A stretch of 47,887 bases of DNA, taken from assembly GCA_041654215.1 (NCBI GenBank), contig JBAZDY010000002.1:1-47887 (forward strand). The letters run 5' to 3'. The notes under the pieces are model-generated. The model was not told where the DNA came from. It ran no database searches and saw only the letters and a program-made list of their open reading frames with translations. Shown here in pieces: positions 16,826 through 25,939 of the stretch. This DNA is from Candidatus Omnitrophota bacterium (GTDB taxonomy: Bacteria > Omnitrophota > Gorgyraeia > Gygaellales > Profunditerraquicolaceae). Within the stretch, counting starts at the first letter, position 1, and every line of letters begins with the position of its first letter. Made by a program: the position numbers and the translations under genes.

Positions 16826-17611
16826 TTACAAAACGGCTATCGCTTTGACCGGACAGACCTCGACGCACTCCATGCACGAAATACATTTAGCGTAGTCTAT
16901 GACCGCCAGATTATTTTCCACTTTTATCGCCCCGTGTTTGCAGGTCTTCTCGCAGCGCCTGCAGGCAATGCAGGCAGACTTGCAGTATCCGCGCTTGACC
17001 GCGGCGGTATCGAGAGAACGGCACGCCACGAAGACCTTTTGCTCTTGCGTCCGGAGCGAAAACAGGCGTTTGGGACAAGCGCTGACGCACTTACCGCAGG
17101 CGCGGCATTTATTCTTATCCACGCGCGGCAGACCGTCTTTTCCCATGCTGATCGCGCTGAAAGGACAGACCGTCACGCATGTCCCCAGACCTATGCAGCC
17201 GGAAGGACATTTCTTCGGCCCGCCGAGAAGGGCGGCCGCGGCCCGGCAATCCTTTAAACCGGAGTAAATGTATCTTTCCGCTACGTTCGTTCCGCCGCGG
17301 CAATGCAGCACCGCGGTCCTCCTGGAGGATTTATCCAGCTTTTTGCCGAGGATGGCCGCTATCTCCCGCTTAGCGCTTTCATCGCCGGCCCGGCAGGCAT
17401 CCGGGGAAAGCCCGCCTTTAAGAACGGCCTCGGCGAAACCGAAGCAGCCGGCGGCGCCGCAGGCCCCGCAATTAGCCCCCGGCAGCAGCCCCATTATTTT
17501 TTCCAGGCGCAGGTCGGTATGCACGGCCAGCTTGCGCGAGGCGAAAGCCAGACCCGCCCCGAACAGCGCTCCGAGCGCCCCCAGTGTTAAAACCGCCGCC
17601 AGTATAGACAT
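16826..17611 (-). CDS. rnfB: Rnf complex subunit B (Fe-S)
   Basis: 261 aa. N-terminal anchor MSILAAVLTLGALGALFGAGLAFA, the NCGACGAAGC motif, and several CxxCxxCxxxCP ferredoxin motifs. Confidence 0.85.
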   Translation of the reverse strand: MSILAAVLTLGALGALFGAGLAFASRKLAVHTDLRLEKIMGLLPGANCGACGAAGCFGFAEAVLKGGLSPDACRAGDESAKREIAAILGKKLDKSSRRTAVLHCRGGTNVAERYIYSGLKDCRAAAALLGGPKKCPSGCIGLGTCVTVCPFSAISMGKDGLPRVDKNKCRACGKCVSACPKRLFSLRTQEQKVFVACRSLDTAAVKRGYCKSACIACRRCEKTCKHGAIKVENNLAVIDYAKCISCMECVEVCPVKAIAVL

Positions 17612-17627
17612 AACAATTCCCTCCGGG

Positions 17628-18236
17628 TCAGAACCTGAACCCGTTAAAACCCATGAACGAAAGACTCATCAGCGAAGCTGTGACGAAAGCAATGGGAAAT
17701 TCCCGCACCGCCTCCGGCACGCGCGAATATTCCAGTCTTTCCCTTATGGCGGACATCAAAAGCATCGCCAGCGTATAGCCGATGCCGACGCATACGCCCT
17801 GAAAGATGGAGAAAATGAAACTGCCCGGCAGGGGTTTGCCACTGCTGAAGAACATGTCGGTGTTAAGCACGGCTACGCCCAGAACGGCGCAATTTACGGT
17901 GATCAGCGGCAGGTAAATTCCGAACACGCGGTAAAGCGCGGGCATGAATTTGCGGACCACCATCTCCACCAGCTGAACGCAGGAGGCTATGACCAGTATG
18001 AAAGAAATTGTGCGCAGATAAGCAAGATCTAAGGGTATCAAAAGGTAATTATAGACCACCCAGGTGATCGCCGAAGACATGACGATGACGAAAAGCACCG
18101 CTGAACTCATTGCCAGAGCCGGACGGGTCTCCTTGGAAATGGCGATGAAGGAGCACAATCCCAAGAAACGCGAGAGGATGACGTTGGAAACGAAAATGCT
18201 GGAAATAAATATCGCCAGAAAATGTCCCGCGTTCAT
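17628..18236 (-). CDS. rnfA: Rnf complex subunit A
   Basis: 202 aa polytopic protein. N-terminus FLAIFISSIFVSNVILSRFLGLC is typical of RnfA/NqrE. ATGA overlap with rnfE. Confidence 0.9.
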   Translation of the reverse strand: MNAGHFLAIFISSIFVSNVILSRFLGLCSFIAISKETRPALAMSSAVLFVIVMSSAITWVVYNYLLIPLDLAYLRTISFILVIASCVQLVEMVVRKFMPALYRVFGIYLPLITVNCAVLGVAVLNTDMFFSSGKPLPGSFIFSIFQGVCVGIGYTLAMLLMSAIRERLEYSRVPEAVREFPIAFVTASLMSLSFMGFNGFRF

Positions 18237-18823
18237 TCCCTCCTCCCCTTCAACAGATTAAAGAACCCCAGCATCCCGCCTATGACCAGAAGCGCCCCCG
18301 GAGGCAGCGCCATCATCAGCGCCGGTTGAAAACCGGGCAACAGTGTATACCCGAGCAGCTGCCCCGAACCGAGCAACTCCCTGACCGCAGATATAAGCGC
18401 CAGCCCCAGAGTGAACCCGACGCCCATCCCGAGAGCGTCTACGAACGAAGCGGACAGCGTCCGGCGGGAAGCGAAGGCCTCGGCTCTGCCGAGCACCATG
18501 CAGTTTACCACTATCAACGGGACATATATACCCAGGGCCCTGTTCAACGCGGGGCTGTAGGCCTTCATCACCAACTCGGCGATGGTCACGAAAGTGGCGA
18601 TGACGATGATGAAACACGGTATGCGTATCTTGTCCGGCACGGCCTTCTTTATTAAAGACACGATGCAATTGGAGCCGACCAGCACGAAGGTGGCTGCCGC
18701 GCCCATACCCAGCGCGTTCTTTACCGAAGTGGATACGGCCAGCACCGGGCAGAGACCGAGCGCGAGGACAAAAATAGGATTCTGTTTTATTATCCCTTTC
18801 AGGAACTCCGGTAACAGCTTCAT
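18233..18823 (-). CDS. rnfE: Rnf complex subunit E
   Basis: Trimmed to Met48 (MKLLPEFLKGIIKQNPIFVLALGLCPVLAVSTS, the RnfE/NqrD signature). ATGA overlap with the rnfD stop. Confidence 0.9.
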   Translation of the reverse strand: MKLLPEFLKGIIKQNPIFVLALGLCPVLAVSTSVKNALGMGAAATFVLVGSNCIVSLIKKAVPDKIRIPCFIIVIATFVTIAELVMKAYSPALNRALGIYVPLIVVNCMVLGRAEAFASRRTLSASFVDALGMGVGFTLGLALISAVRELLGSGQLLGYTLLPGFQPALMMALPPGALLVIGGMLGFFNLLKGRRE

Positions 18824-19767
18824 CTCATCTTCCCCGTGCCGTAAATACGCCCCCGGGTGTACCTGTCGATAAATGGAGAAACCGCGTTCATCATCAAGAT
18901 GGCGTAACATGTCCCTTCCGGATATCCTCCCCATAGCCGGATAACCGCCGTTAACAGACCGCATCCCGTACCATAGATCAACTGTCCTTTGGCGGTCAAA
19001 GGCGACGTCACGTAATCAGTCGCCATGTAAAAGGCGCCCAGTACCAGCCCGCCGGAAAGCAGGTAAAACAACCAATCCCCGCTGAACAGCCCGGAAGGTC
19101 CGAAAACATAATGCAGTATCCCTGCGGTGAAGAGATAGGAAACCGGGATATGCCAGGTTATATATCCTTTTAAAAAAAGGAAGACCGCACCTGCCAGCAG
19201 CCCTGCCACGCACACCTCCCCTATACACCCACCCTTGTTCCCCAGGAAAAGGTCCAGATAAGAATACACCTGCCGGAGATGCCCCTCCTTCAACGCCGAC
19301 AACGGTGTGGCGCAAGCAACGGCGTCGAAACCCGGAGCCCGAAAAGAGGTCATGTAAGCCGGCCAGGACGCCATGAGGAAGGCCCTTGCCGCGAGGGCCG
19401 GATTGAATATGTTCTGTCCCAACCCTCCGAAAATCTGTTTGCCTACGGCGATTGCGAAAAAGGAACCTACTGCCGGCATCCAAAGCGGCACGCCGGACGG
19501 CAGGTTGTACGCCAGAAGCAGTCCGGTAAGAAAAGCGCTGCCGTCTAACAAAGTAACCTGTCTGCGCATCATCTTCTGCAACAGCCATTCCGTGGCCAGC
19601 GCGGCCGCGACCGCTGTCACTATTATTGCCAGGGCCGCATATCCGAAGAGATAGACCCCGGCCGCTCCGGCTGGAAGAAGCGCCAGGCTGACGCTCCACA
19701 TTATGCGCGCCGTGGATTGATGCGCGTGCAGATGCGGCGCCGCGGTTACTATAAGCTTATTTTCCAT
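18820..19767 (-). CDS. rnfD: Rnf complex subunit D
   Basis: 315 aa polytopic protein. N-terminus TAAPHLHAHQSTARIMW and C-terminal region MATDYVTSP are typical of RnfD/NqrB. Confidence 0.9.
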   Translation of the reverse strand: MENKLIVTAAPHLHAHQSTARIMWSVSLALLPAGAAGVYLFGYAALAIIVTAVAAALATEWLLQKMMRRQVTLLDGSAFLTGLLLAYNLPSGVPLWMPAVGSFFAIAVGKQIFGGLGQNIFNPALAARAFLMASWPAYMTSFRAPGFDAVACATPLSALKEGHLRQVYSYLDLFLGNKGGCIGEVCVAGLLAGAVFLFLKGYITWHIPVSYLFTAGILHYVFGPSGLFSGDWLFYLLSGGLVLGAFYMATDYVTSPLTAKGQLIYGTGCGLLTAVIRLWGGYPEGTCYAILMMNAVSPFIDRYTRGRIYGTGKMR

Positions 19768-20281
19768 TCCGTAAAGCCTCCCTTACTTCGGCCGCTTTCA
19801 GGTCTATGGAAGAGCTGACCGCCCGCGAAGAAATAGTGGCCCCGGTTATCGCCTGCACCCCGGAAACCCGGACCGCATCCACGCCGCTGAACCTGCCTGT
19901 GAAAGATCCTTCCGCAACCTTGCTTCCCAATCCGGGGGTCTCGTTCTGGTTGAGGACTTTTATCGCTTTTATCTTCGCCTGGGCGTCCATACAGACCATA
20001 GTTTCTATCATGCCGGAATACCCCTTACCCGCGGCTTTGAACAACACGCTTAGTAACTTGCCGTTTTTATCATAAGCCTTGTAGAAGAAAACCGTATCCC
20101 CTTTAAGCACCGGTGTGAAAACCGCGGCCTCGGGTTGCAGTCCCTTCAATGCCGCTTCTTCCTCCAGGCCAGCCTGCGCCGCGATACGCGGAGCGGTGAC
20201 GGCGTTGACCGCCGCAAGCAGACCTCCGGCCGATAATGCTATAAGGCCCAGAATGAACGCAAACCTGAAGATATCTTTCAT
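19757..20281 (-). CDS. rnfG: Rnf complex subunit G (FMN-binding)
   Basis: Trimmed to Met31 (MKDIFRFAFILGLIALSAGG...). FMN-attachment motif ITGATISSRAV. ATGA overlap with the rnfC stop. Confidence 0.85.
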   Translation of the reverse strand: MKDIFRFAFILGLIALSAGGLLAAVNAVTAPRIAAQAGLEEEAALKGLQPEAAVFTPVLKGDTVFFYKAYDKNGKLLSVLFKAAGKGYSGMIETMVCMDAQAKIKAIKVLNQNETPGLGSKVAEGSFTGRFSGVDAVRVSGVQAITGATISSRAVSSSIDLKAAEVREALRNGK

Positions 20282-21549
20282 CTGGCGGCCTCCGCTTTGG
20301 CTTTCTTTATATACTGTACCAGCCTGCGGTTCGCCGGACATACATATGCGCACGCCCCGCATTCCAAACAATCGGTCAACCCGTGCCGTTTAGCTTCTTC
20401 CAACATCCCTCTTTCGGCCGCCGCCCCCAGCATACAAGGGAGCAACCCGATGGAACAGACGCGCACGCATCTGCCGCAGCGTATACAGGCGCTCTCTTCC
20501 AGGATACGGCCGCTTGTCTCCCCCAGCACCAGCACCCCGCTGGTGGTCTTGGTCACCGGGACATCGGTCCCGGCCTGGGTTATGCCCATCATCGGTCCAC
20601 CTATGATTATCCTGCGCGGTTCTTCTTTAAGCGGACCGCAGAAAGAAATCAGCGCGGATATCGGCGTGCCTGTCCGGACCAGTAAATTTGCCGGATTCGA
20701 CAGGCAATCCCCGGTGACGGTAACCACTCTTTCATAAAGCGGCTTCCCGAGAAAAACCGCTTCGTAAGCGGCGAACACTGTGGCAACGTTCTGCACGACG
20801 GCGCCGGCTTCGAACGGCAGTTTGCCGCGCGGGACCTCCCTGCCCAGCACGCTTTTAATCAACTGTTTTTCCCCGCCCTGGGGATAAAAAGACCTTAATT
20901 TCTTGACCCTCAGCGGACCGGAGGCTTTGGCCAGTAAAAGTTCAACCGCCCCGGGCTTATTGTCCTCAACGGCTATGCATATGTCCTCGGCCCCCAGTAT
21001 GCGGCCCAGCAGCAACGCCCCTTTGATGATCTCGTCGCTTTTCTCCAGCATCAAGCGGTAATCGGAAGTCAGATACGGTTCGCACTCGGCGCCGTTAACG
21101 ATCAAAGTCCTCACCCGGACCGGAGGTTTAAGCTTGAGGAAAGAAGGAAAACCCGCGCCTCCCATGCCCACCAGGCCGGCGTCGCGCATTATATCGAGAA
21201 GTTCCGCCGGATGCAAAGAGTCCGCGTCGCGCGCTTCGCGCGCCCGGAAAGCGAAAGAATCAGGCAGCCGCGTCTCTATTACCGCCGCGCTGCACCTGCC
21301 GAGCACGGGGTGCGCGCAGGTTTCGATAGAAGAAACCTTACCGGTCACGGAAGAATGAACTGCCGCCGCCGGCATGGCCCCGGCGGAGGCTATCCGCTGT
21401 CCGGTAATAACTTCATCGCCCGGCTTAATCTCAGGCAGGCAAAGCTTACCTAAATGCTGGCAGAACGGGATGAACACCTTCTCCGGCGGGGGCAGGACCG
21501 TTATTTTCTTATCTTCGGTGCCTTCTTTGCAGTGCTCTAATTTAACCAT
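20278..21549 (-). CDS. rnfC: Rnf complex subunit C
   Basis: 423 aa. NADH/FMN-type motif GMGGAGFPS and two 4Fe-4S motifs (CIRCGRCVRVC, CLECGACAYVCP). Confidence 0.9.
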   Translation of the reverse strand: MVKLEHCKEGTEDKKITVLPPPEKVFIPFCQHLGKLCLPEIKPGDEVITGQRIASAGAMPAAAVHSSVTGKVSSIETCAHPVLGRCSAAVIETRLPDSFAFRAREARDADSLHPAELLDIMRDAGLVGMGGAGFPSFLKLKPPVRVRTLIVNGAECEPYLTSDYRLMLEKSDEIIKGALLLGRILGAEDICIAVEDNKPGAVELLLAKASGPLRVKKLRSFYPQGGEKQLIKSVLGREVPRGKLPFEAGAVVQNVATVFAAYEAVFLGKPLYERVVTVTGDCLSNPANLLVRTGTPISALISFCGPLKEEPRRIIIGGPMMGITQAGTDVPVTKTTSGVLVLGETSGRILEESACIRCGRCVRVCSIGLLPCMLGAAAERGMLEEAKRHGLTDCLECGACAYVCPANRRLVQYIKKAKAEAAR

Positions 21550-22799
21550 GCGGCCATTCTTTTATAAAAGATATTCGTCAGCCCGGTCAGCGCGAAGGCG
21601 CAGCCGACAACGGAAATGATGAATACCTCCGGAAGCCTTTCGGCTATCTTACTGCTTAAAAGCATGAAAATAAGGAACCCCGCGTGCATGATTATTTCCA
21701 CCGCGCTGAATACCTTACCGCGCATCTGGCTGTCGCTGACTTTGTGTATTATGGTGTTAGAGGCGATCATGATAGGAGAGATGCACAACCCCAGAAGCAG
21801 CGCCAGACTTGCCGCCACATTAAAAAAAGGATACCTCTGCAGCGTGAAGGCGAAAATTATCAATACGACCCCGGCCGAGGCAAGGGAAATAAAAATCATT
21901 CTGTAATGCGATATTCTGGATCCGAAACGGCCATAGACCATCGAACCGAGAAAGAGACCCGCGCCCAGGAATACTATGAGGAAACCGAGATCTTTGGTCG
22001 CAGAATGCAGGGTTTTCTGCACAAAGACTATCATCACCACGTAAAGGGCGCCCAGGGCCGCGGAAAGCGAAAAGATAAGCCCCACCGTGAAGCGTATATG
22101 CTTGTTTTTCAAGACGTATTTCCAGCTTTCTTTCAGTTCCTGCAGGACCGTCTTCTTGAAAATCTCCTCCATTTCCCTGACCGGATGAGAAACCGCCTGC
22201 TCCCGCATTCTACTGCGGGCCCCGGTGTAAATAAAGAAAATCAGGCCGGCGGAAAAAGCGAAACTAAGCGAATCCAGGAAAAAACCGCTCTTGGGACCGA
22301 TCCACTCCACCAAAAGCCCGCTTACGCCGAACCCGGCCACCGCGGCTATCATTCCTGTCATATTGGCGAGGGTATTGGCCATCAACAGCTGTTTTTTCTC
22401 CACGAGTTCAGGCAGTATCGCCATCTTGGCCGGGACAAAAAACCTGCCGATGCCGAAAATAACAAATATGACCGCATATAAGGGAAGTAAGCTGCTGTTA
22501 TGAAAGAAGAAAAGAGGGATTGTTAACACGAGGGCCGCCCGCAGAAAATCGCATACGTACATCGTGCGGCGTTTGTCCCAGCGGTCAACGTAAACGCCTG
22601 CCAACGGCCCAACCACAAAAACCGGGAGGATCGTAAAGGACATTATCTTGGCGATCTGCATCGGGGAACCGGGGGCCTTGAGATATATCAGCCCCAGTAA
22701 AGCCATCTGGTCCAGCCTATCTCCCAGCTGCGAAACGATCTGGCCAAGCCAGAGCAGGAAGAAATTACGGTTTCTCAACACCTTGGCGTATTCAGACAT
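21537..22799 (-). CDS. MFS transporter
   Basis: The track ORF is trimmed to Met41 (MSEYAKVLRNRNFFLLWLGQIVSQLGD...), because the extension reads through the tRNA. About 12 TM segments, motif GPLAGVYVDRWDKRR. It overlaps the rnfC start by 13 nt. Confidence 0.8.
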   Translation of the reverse strand: MSEYAKVLRNRNFFLLWLGQIVSQLGDRLDQMALLGLIYLKAPGSPMQIAKIMSFTILPVFVVGPLAGVYVDRWDKRRTMYVCDFLRAALVLTIPLFFFHNSSLLPLYAVIFVIFGIGRFFVPAKMAILPELVEKKQLLMANTLANMTGMIAAVAGFGVSGLLVEWIGPKSGFFLDSLSFAFSAGLIFFIYTGARSRMREQAVSHPVREMEEIFKKTVLQELKESWKYVLKNKHIRFTVGLIFSLSAALGALYVVMIVFVQKTLHSATKDLGFLIVFLGAGLFLGSMVYGRFGSRISHYRMIFISLASAGVVLIIFAFTLQRYPFFNVAASLALLLGLCISPIMIASNTIIHKVSDSQMRGKVFSAVEIIMHAGFLIFMLLSSKIAERLPEVFIISVVGCAFALTGLTNIFYKRMAAWLN

Positions 22800-22821
22800 A
22801 TCCCGCTGTATAGTATTATAT

Positions 22822-22854
22822 ATCCCCGGCGGCACCTCGGGTAAAGCCGGGGAT
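22822..22854 (-). terminator. GC-rich hairpin downstream of tRNA-Thr (possible terminator/processing hairpin)
   Basis: Minus sense reads ATCCCCGG-N17-CCGGGGAT (8-bp stem) followed by the A/U-rich ATATATAATAC. There is no clean U-run. One arm is the ATCCCCGG string of the repeat family. Confidence 0.3.
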
Positions 22855-22892
22855 CCTATTTTGGCTTTAACTTCCGCTTTCAGGGTTAAATA

Positions 22893-22968
22893 TGGAGCCG
22901 ATGAGTGGATTTGAACCACCGGCCCGCGCTTTACGAAAGCGCTGCTCTACCAACTGAGCTACATCGGC
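22893..22968 (-). tRNA. tRNA-Thr (anticodon CGU), CCA encoded
   Basis: Reverse complement: GCCGATGTAGCTCAGTTGGTAGAGCAGCGCTTTCGTAAAGCGCGGGCCGGTGGTTCAAATCCACTCATCGGCTCCA. It folds as a 7-bp acceptor stem, a GCTC/GAGC D stem, anticodon stem GCGCT/AGCGC with loop TTCGTAA, T arm GGTGG-TTCAAAT-CCACT, and 3' TCCA. Total 76 nt. Confidence 0.9.
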
Positions 22969-23023
22969 GTAAAACGGCAAGTACCTATAGCCCCTAAAGG
23001 GCGACAAGCTACAAACTGGTATG

Positions 23024-23051
23024 ATTATAACAGCTTTATCGGAATAGTCAA
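23024..23051 (-). promoter_or_regulatory. Near-consensus sigma70 promoter for tRNA-Thr
   Basis: Minus strand reads TTGACT (23051-23046), a 16-nt spacer, then TATAAT (23029-23024), about 55 nt upstream of the mature tRNA 5' end. Confidence 0.55.
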
Positions 23052-23116
23052 CAACGGGATGCATGAAACGGGGAACGCGGGAAAAAATATGCGCATTCTT
23101 CTCTTATCACTCATAT

Positions 23117-23566
23117 TTATGAAGCCGTCAGCCGGGTCTTGACTATCTCGCTGACCTGGCGGGCGTCTGCCGAAGCGCCGGTCCTGGAGGTCACTTCTTT
23201 CATTACCCGGCCCATATCTTTAAGCCCGGAGGCGCCCAGAGAAGTTATGCTCTCTTCTATTATACGCGAGAGGTCGGCAGCGGACAACTGCGGCGGCAGA
23301 TAATCTTTCAATATTAAACTCTCTTTCTCTTCCTTGTCGGCGAGGTCCGGGCGGTTCCCCTGCCTGAACTGCTGTATGGAATCCTCCCGCCGCTTTATCT
23401 GTTTCTTTATCACCGCTATGCAGTCCGCATCGTCCAGCAAGTCCCTGCTCTTGCTCATCGCCACATTCTTGAGTTCAGCCCTGAGGAAACTCAAGACCGA
23501 GGATCTAAGACTGTCCTTGCTTTTCAGGGCTTCTTTATAGTCGCTGAAAATCTTTTCCTCAAGCAT
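23117..23566 (-). CDS. GatB/YqeY-domain protein
   Basis: 149 aa. The sequence DYKEALKSKD..R...L..L.AELKN......LDD.....VIKKQIKRREDSI..F...NRPDLA.KEE.E..IL..YLP is typical of the YqeY family. Confidence 0.85.
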   Translation of the reverse strand: MLEEKIFSDYKEALKSKDSLRSSVLSFLRAELKNVAMSKSRDLLDDADCIAVIKKQIKRREDSIQQFRQGNRPDLADKEEKESLILKDYLPPQLSAADLSRIIEESITSLGASGLKDMGRVMKEVTSRTGASADARQVSEIVKTRLTAS

Positions 23567-23582
23567 GATTGACGCACTCCTT

Positions 23583-24482
23583 TCAAAAAGCGCTTATTTC
23601 CTTGAAACATTTCATCCTGCCGCGGATATCCGCCAAGGTAAGTCTGCCGCTGCGTTCCAGTCCGAACCCTTCCACGTTGAAAGAAGCACAGACCGTGCCG
23701 TAAACAATCGCTCTTTTAAGCGCCTTCCTGTCCGTGCGCCCGCAGCCGGCAAGATACCCCATAAACCCTCCCGCGAAAGTGTCGCCCGCTCCGGTCGGGT
23801 CCACGACCTTATCCACCGGATAAGCCGGCAGGGAGAAAAAAAGATCCGGGCCGTAAAGCATGACCCCGTGCTCTCCCTTCTTTATGAGCACTATGCGCGG
23901 ACCCATGCGCTGCAGCCGCCTGGCCGCGCTCACAAGGTGCTCCTCCCCGGAAAGATCGCGCGCTTCGCGGTCATTGGCCACGTAAATATCCACTTTCTTA
24001 AGCAGTCTTAACAGCGAGGCCCGCTTATTATGTATCCAGTAATTCATACTGTCAAGGCCGACCAGCCGCGCCGAATACATACGCCCAAGTAGCTGTTTCT
24101 GGATATCCGGATCGACATTGGCGAGAAAGATGTTGCGGATGCCGCGCTGGCCGGTTCTTACCTTCGGGCTGAAGGTAGAGAGCACTCCCAGCTCGGTTTT
24201 GAGGGTAAGCGCGGTGTTCATATCGCCTTTGTATTCCCCGCTCCACTTGAAGGTAACGCCGTCCGTCTTCATCAGGGAATCCAGGTTTATGCCTTTCCCA
24301 GAGAGAAAATCCAGGTGCTGGGAAGGAAAGTCCTCGCCCACGGTAGCCACCAGATTGACGTGCGTGAAAAGCCTGGCGGACATGGAAAAATGAACGGCGG
24401 AACCTCCCAGCATATAATTACGCCGGCCGTGCGGCGTTTTGACTGTATCTAAAGCCACTGTTCCCAGGACAAGTATGCTCAT
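23583..24482 (-). CDS. PfkB-family carbohydrate/nucleoside kinase
   Basis: Trimmed to Met51 (MSILVLGTVALDTV...). ATGA overlap with the uppP stop. C-terminal signature DPTGAGDTFAGGF. Confidence 0.85.
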   Translation of the reverse strand: MSILVLGTVALDTVKTPHGRRNYMLGGSAVHFSMSARLFTHVNLVATVGEDFPSQHLDFLSGKGINLDSLMKTDGVTFKWSGEYKGDMNTALTLKTELGVLSTFSPKVRTGQRGIRNIFLANVDPDIQKQLLGRMYSARLVGLDSMNYWIHNKRASLLRLLKKVDIYVANDREARDLSGEEHLVSAARRLQRMGPRIVLIKKGEHGVMLYGPDLFFSLPAYPVDKVVDPTGAGDTFAGGFMGYLAGCGRTDRKALKRAIVYGTVCASFNVEGFGLERSGRLTLADIRGRMKCFKEISAF

Positions 24483-25222
24483 CTTAGAAAAATAAGAATT
24501 ACCGCCGCCGCCAGCAGACAATAATACCCGAAATACGGCAATTTGGATCTTAAGATCAAACGTCTCAACAGCGCAAGCGCGGCCAGACCGAAAATAAAAC
24601 TGGCGAGAAACCCCGCCAGAGGCTCGCTCCATGATTCCACGCAGACCGCGGTAATCTCACGGGCGTCCAGCAGGGCTGCGCCGGCCACGGCCGGTATCCC
24701 GGAGATGAACGAGAATTTAAAACACGTCTCGCGTTCAATACCCCTGAAAAGAAGCGCGGAGATGGTGGCGCCGGAACGGGATATCCCGGGCAGCACCGCT
24801 ATCCCCTGCGCCGCTCCCATTAAAGCCGCGTCACCCAAAGCAATATCCTTCTTGCCGGAAACGCGCAGCCTCCCCGTCAAGATAAGCGCCGTTCCTGTGG
24901 CCAGCAGGGCCAAAGCCGCCGGCACGGTAGAGGAAAAAATTTTTTCAACAAAACCTTTGAGCAGGAAAGCGATGAAGCCGGTGATCAGCGTGACCGCCGC
25001 CACCAGCAAGAATTGTCTCCTGTCCGAAAGCGTCCGCAGGATATCGCGGCGGAAATACAACACGGTCGCCAAAAGCGTCCCCAGATGAAGAACGATGGGG
25101 AAAACCAGTCCTCGCCCGTCTATGCCGAGAAGTTTTTGAAATATGACGAGGTGCGCGGAGCTGCTTACAGGAAAGAACTCAGTCATCCCCTGCACCGCGC
25201 CGAGAAGAATATATTTTATCAT
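24479..25222 (-). CDS. uppP: Undecaprenyl-diphosphate phosphatase
   Basis: 247 aa polytopic protein. BacA motifs GAVQGMTEFFPVSSSAHL and PGISRSGATI. Confidence 0.9.
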   Translation of the reverse strand: MIKYILLGAVQGMTEFFPVSSSAHLVIFQKLLGIDGRGLVFPIVLHLGTLLATVLYFRRDILRTLSDRRQFLLVAAVTLITGFIAFLLKGFVEKIFSSTVPAALALLATGTALILTGRLRVSGKKDIALGDAALMGAAQGIAVLPGISRSGATISALLFRGIERETCFKFSFISGIPAVAGAALLDAREITAVCVESWSEPLAGFLASFIFGLAALALLRRLILRSKLPYFGYYCLLAAAVILIFLR

Positions 25223-25229
25223 GCCAATT

Positions 25230-25257
25230 ATTATATTAGAACGGATGTGTAAATCAA
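25230..25257 (-). promoter_or_regulatory. Candidate promoter placing the TSS at or next to the uppP ATG (possible leaderless mRNA)
   Basis: Minus strand reads TTGATT (25257-25252), a 16-nt spacer, then TATAAT (25235-25230). Only 7 nt (AATTGGC) separate it from the ATG at 25222, and there is no SD. Confidence 0.3.
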
Positions 25258-25260
25258 TAT

Positions 25261-25932
25261 TTAAATCGGCGCGCCGCTCGGCGGCGTGAATTGCCCCGGG
25301 TCCACGCCGTGTTTCAGCAAAAAATTACGCATATCGACAGGTAACGGGGCGGACAAAACGAGGTCCCTTCCGGAATAAGGGTGCCTGAATTCCAACTGCC
25401 AGGCGTGCAGCATCACTCTCTTTGCCTTCAGGACAAAATCCCTTCTAAAAACGAACTTGGCCTCGCCGACGATCGGATGCCCGATTCTGGTAAAATGTAT
25501 GCGCAACTGATTGGTCCGTCCGGTTTCCGGGGCCGCGCAGACCACGGAGAAAGCCGGACGCCGCAGCAGCACTTCATAAGAAGTCGAAGCCGGTTTCCCT
25601 TCTATCGGACTGCGGACAGTCCTTTTCCCTTCCGCCGGGTTGCCGTGCAACACGGCCAGATATGTCTTCCCCACCGCCCTGCCGCGGAAGATATCCATCA
25701 TTTTTTTCTGGGCGGACTTGCCCTTGGCATAGACTATCAAACCGGAAGTCTCGCGGTCAAGACGGTGGCAAGGATGAAAACGCGGCAAACCGTCCTTATC
25801 CCGATTATGGGAGTTGAGAAGGAAAGTAAAATCTTTCTCCCTGCCTCCGGGAGCCGGTATGGTGAGTAGTCCGGGCGGTTTATTAAAAACGGCCAGATGA
25901 TCGTCCTCGTAGATCGCCGGGATATTATTCAT
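25261..25932 (-). CDS. RluA-family pseudouridine synthase (no S4 domain)
   Basis: 223 aa. Catalytic motif HRLDRETSGLIVYAK, followed by K.Y.A and TGRTNQLRIH. Confidence 0.85.
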   Translation of the reverse strand: MNNIPAIYEDDHLAVFNKPPGLLTIPAPGGREKDFTFLLNSHNRDKDGLPRFHPCHRLDRETSGLIVYAKGKSAQKKMMDIFRGRAVGKTYLAVLHGNPAEGKRTVRSPIEGKPASTSYEVLLRRPAFSVVCAAPETGRTNQLRIHFTRIGHPIVGEAKFVFRRDFVLKAKRVMLHAWQLEFRHPYSGRDLVLSAPLPVDMRNFLLKHGVDPGQFTPPSGAPI

Positions 25933-25939
25933 TTCCGGT

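Noticed and set aside
22867-23064. A 65-aa minus-strand ORF.
   Set aside because: It is a translation of tRNA-Thr and its promoter/leader region (the peptide contains the T-arm sequence GGSNPLIGS). It is not a gene.
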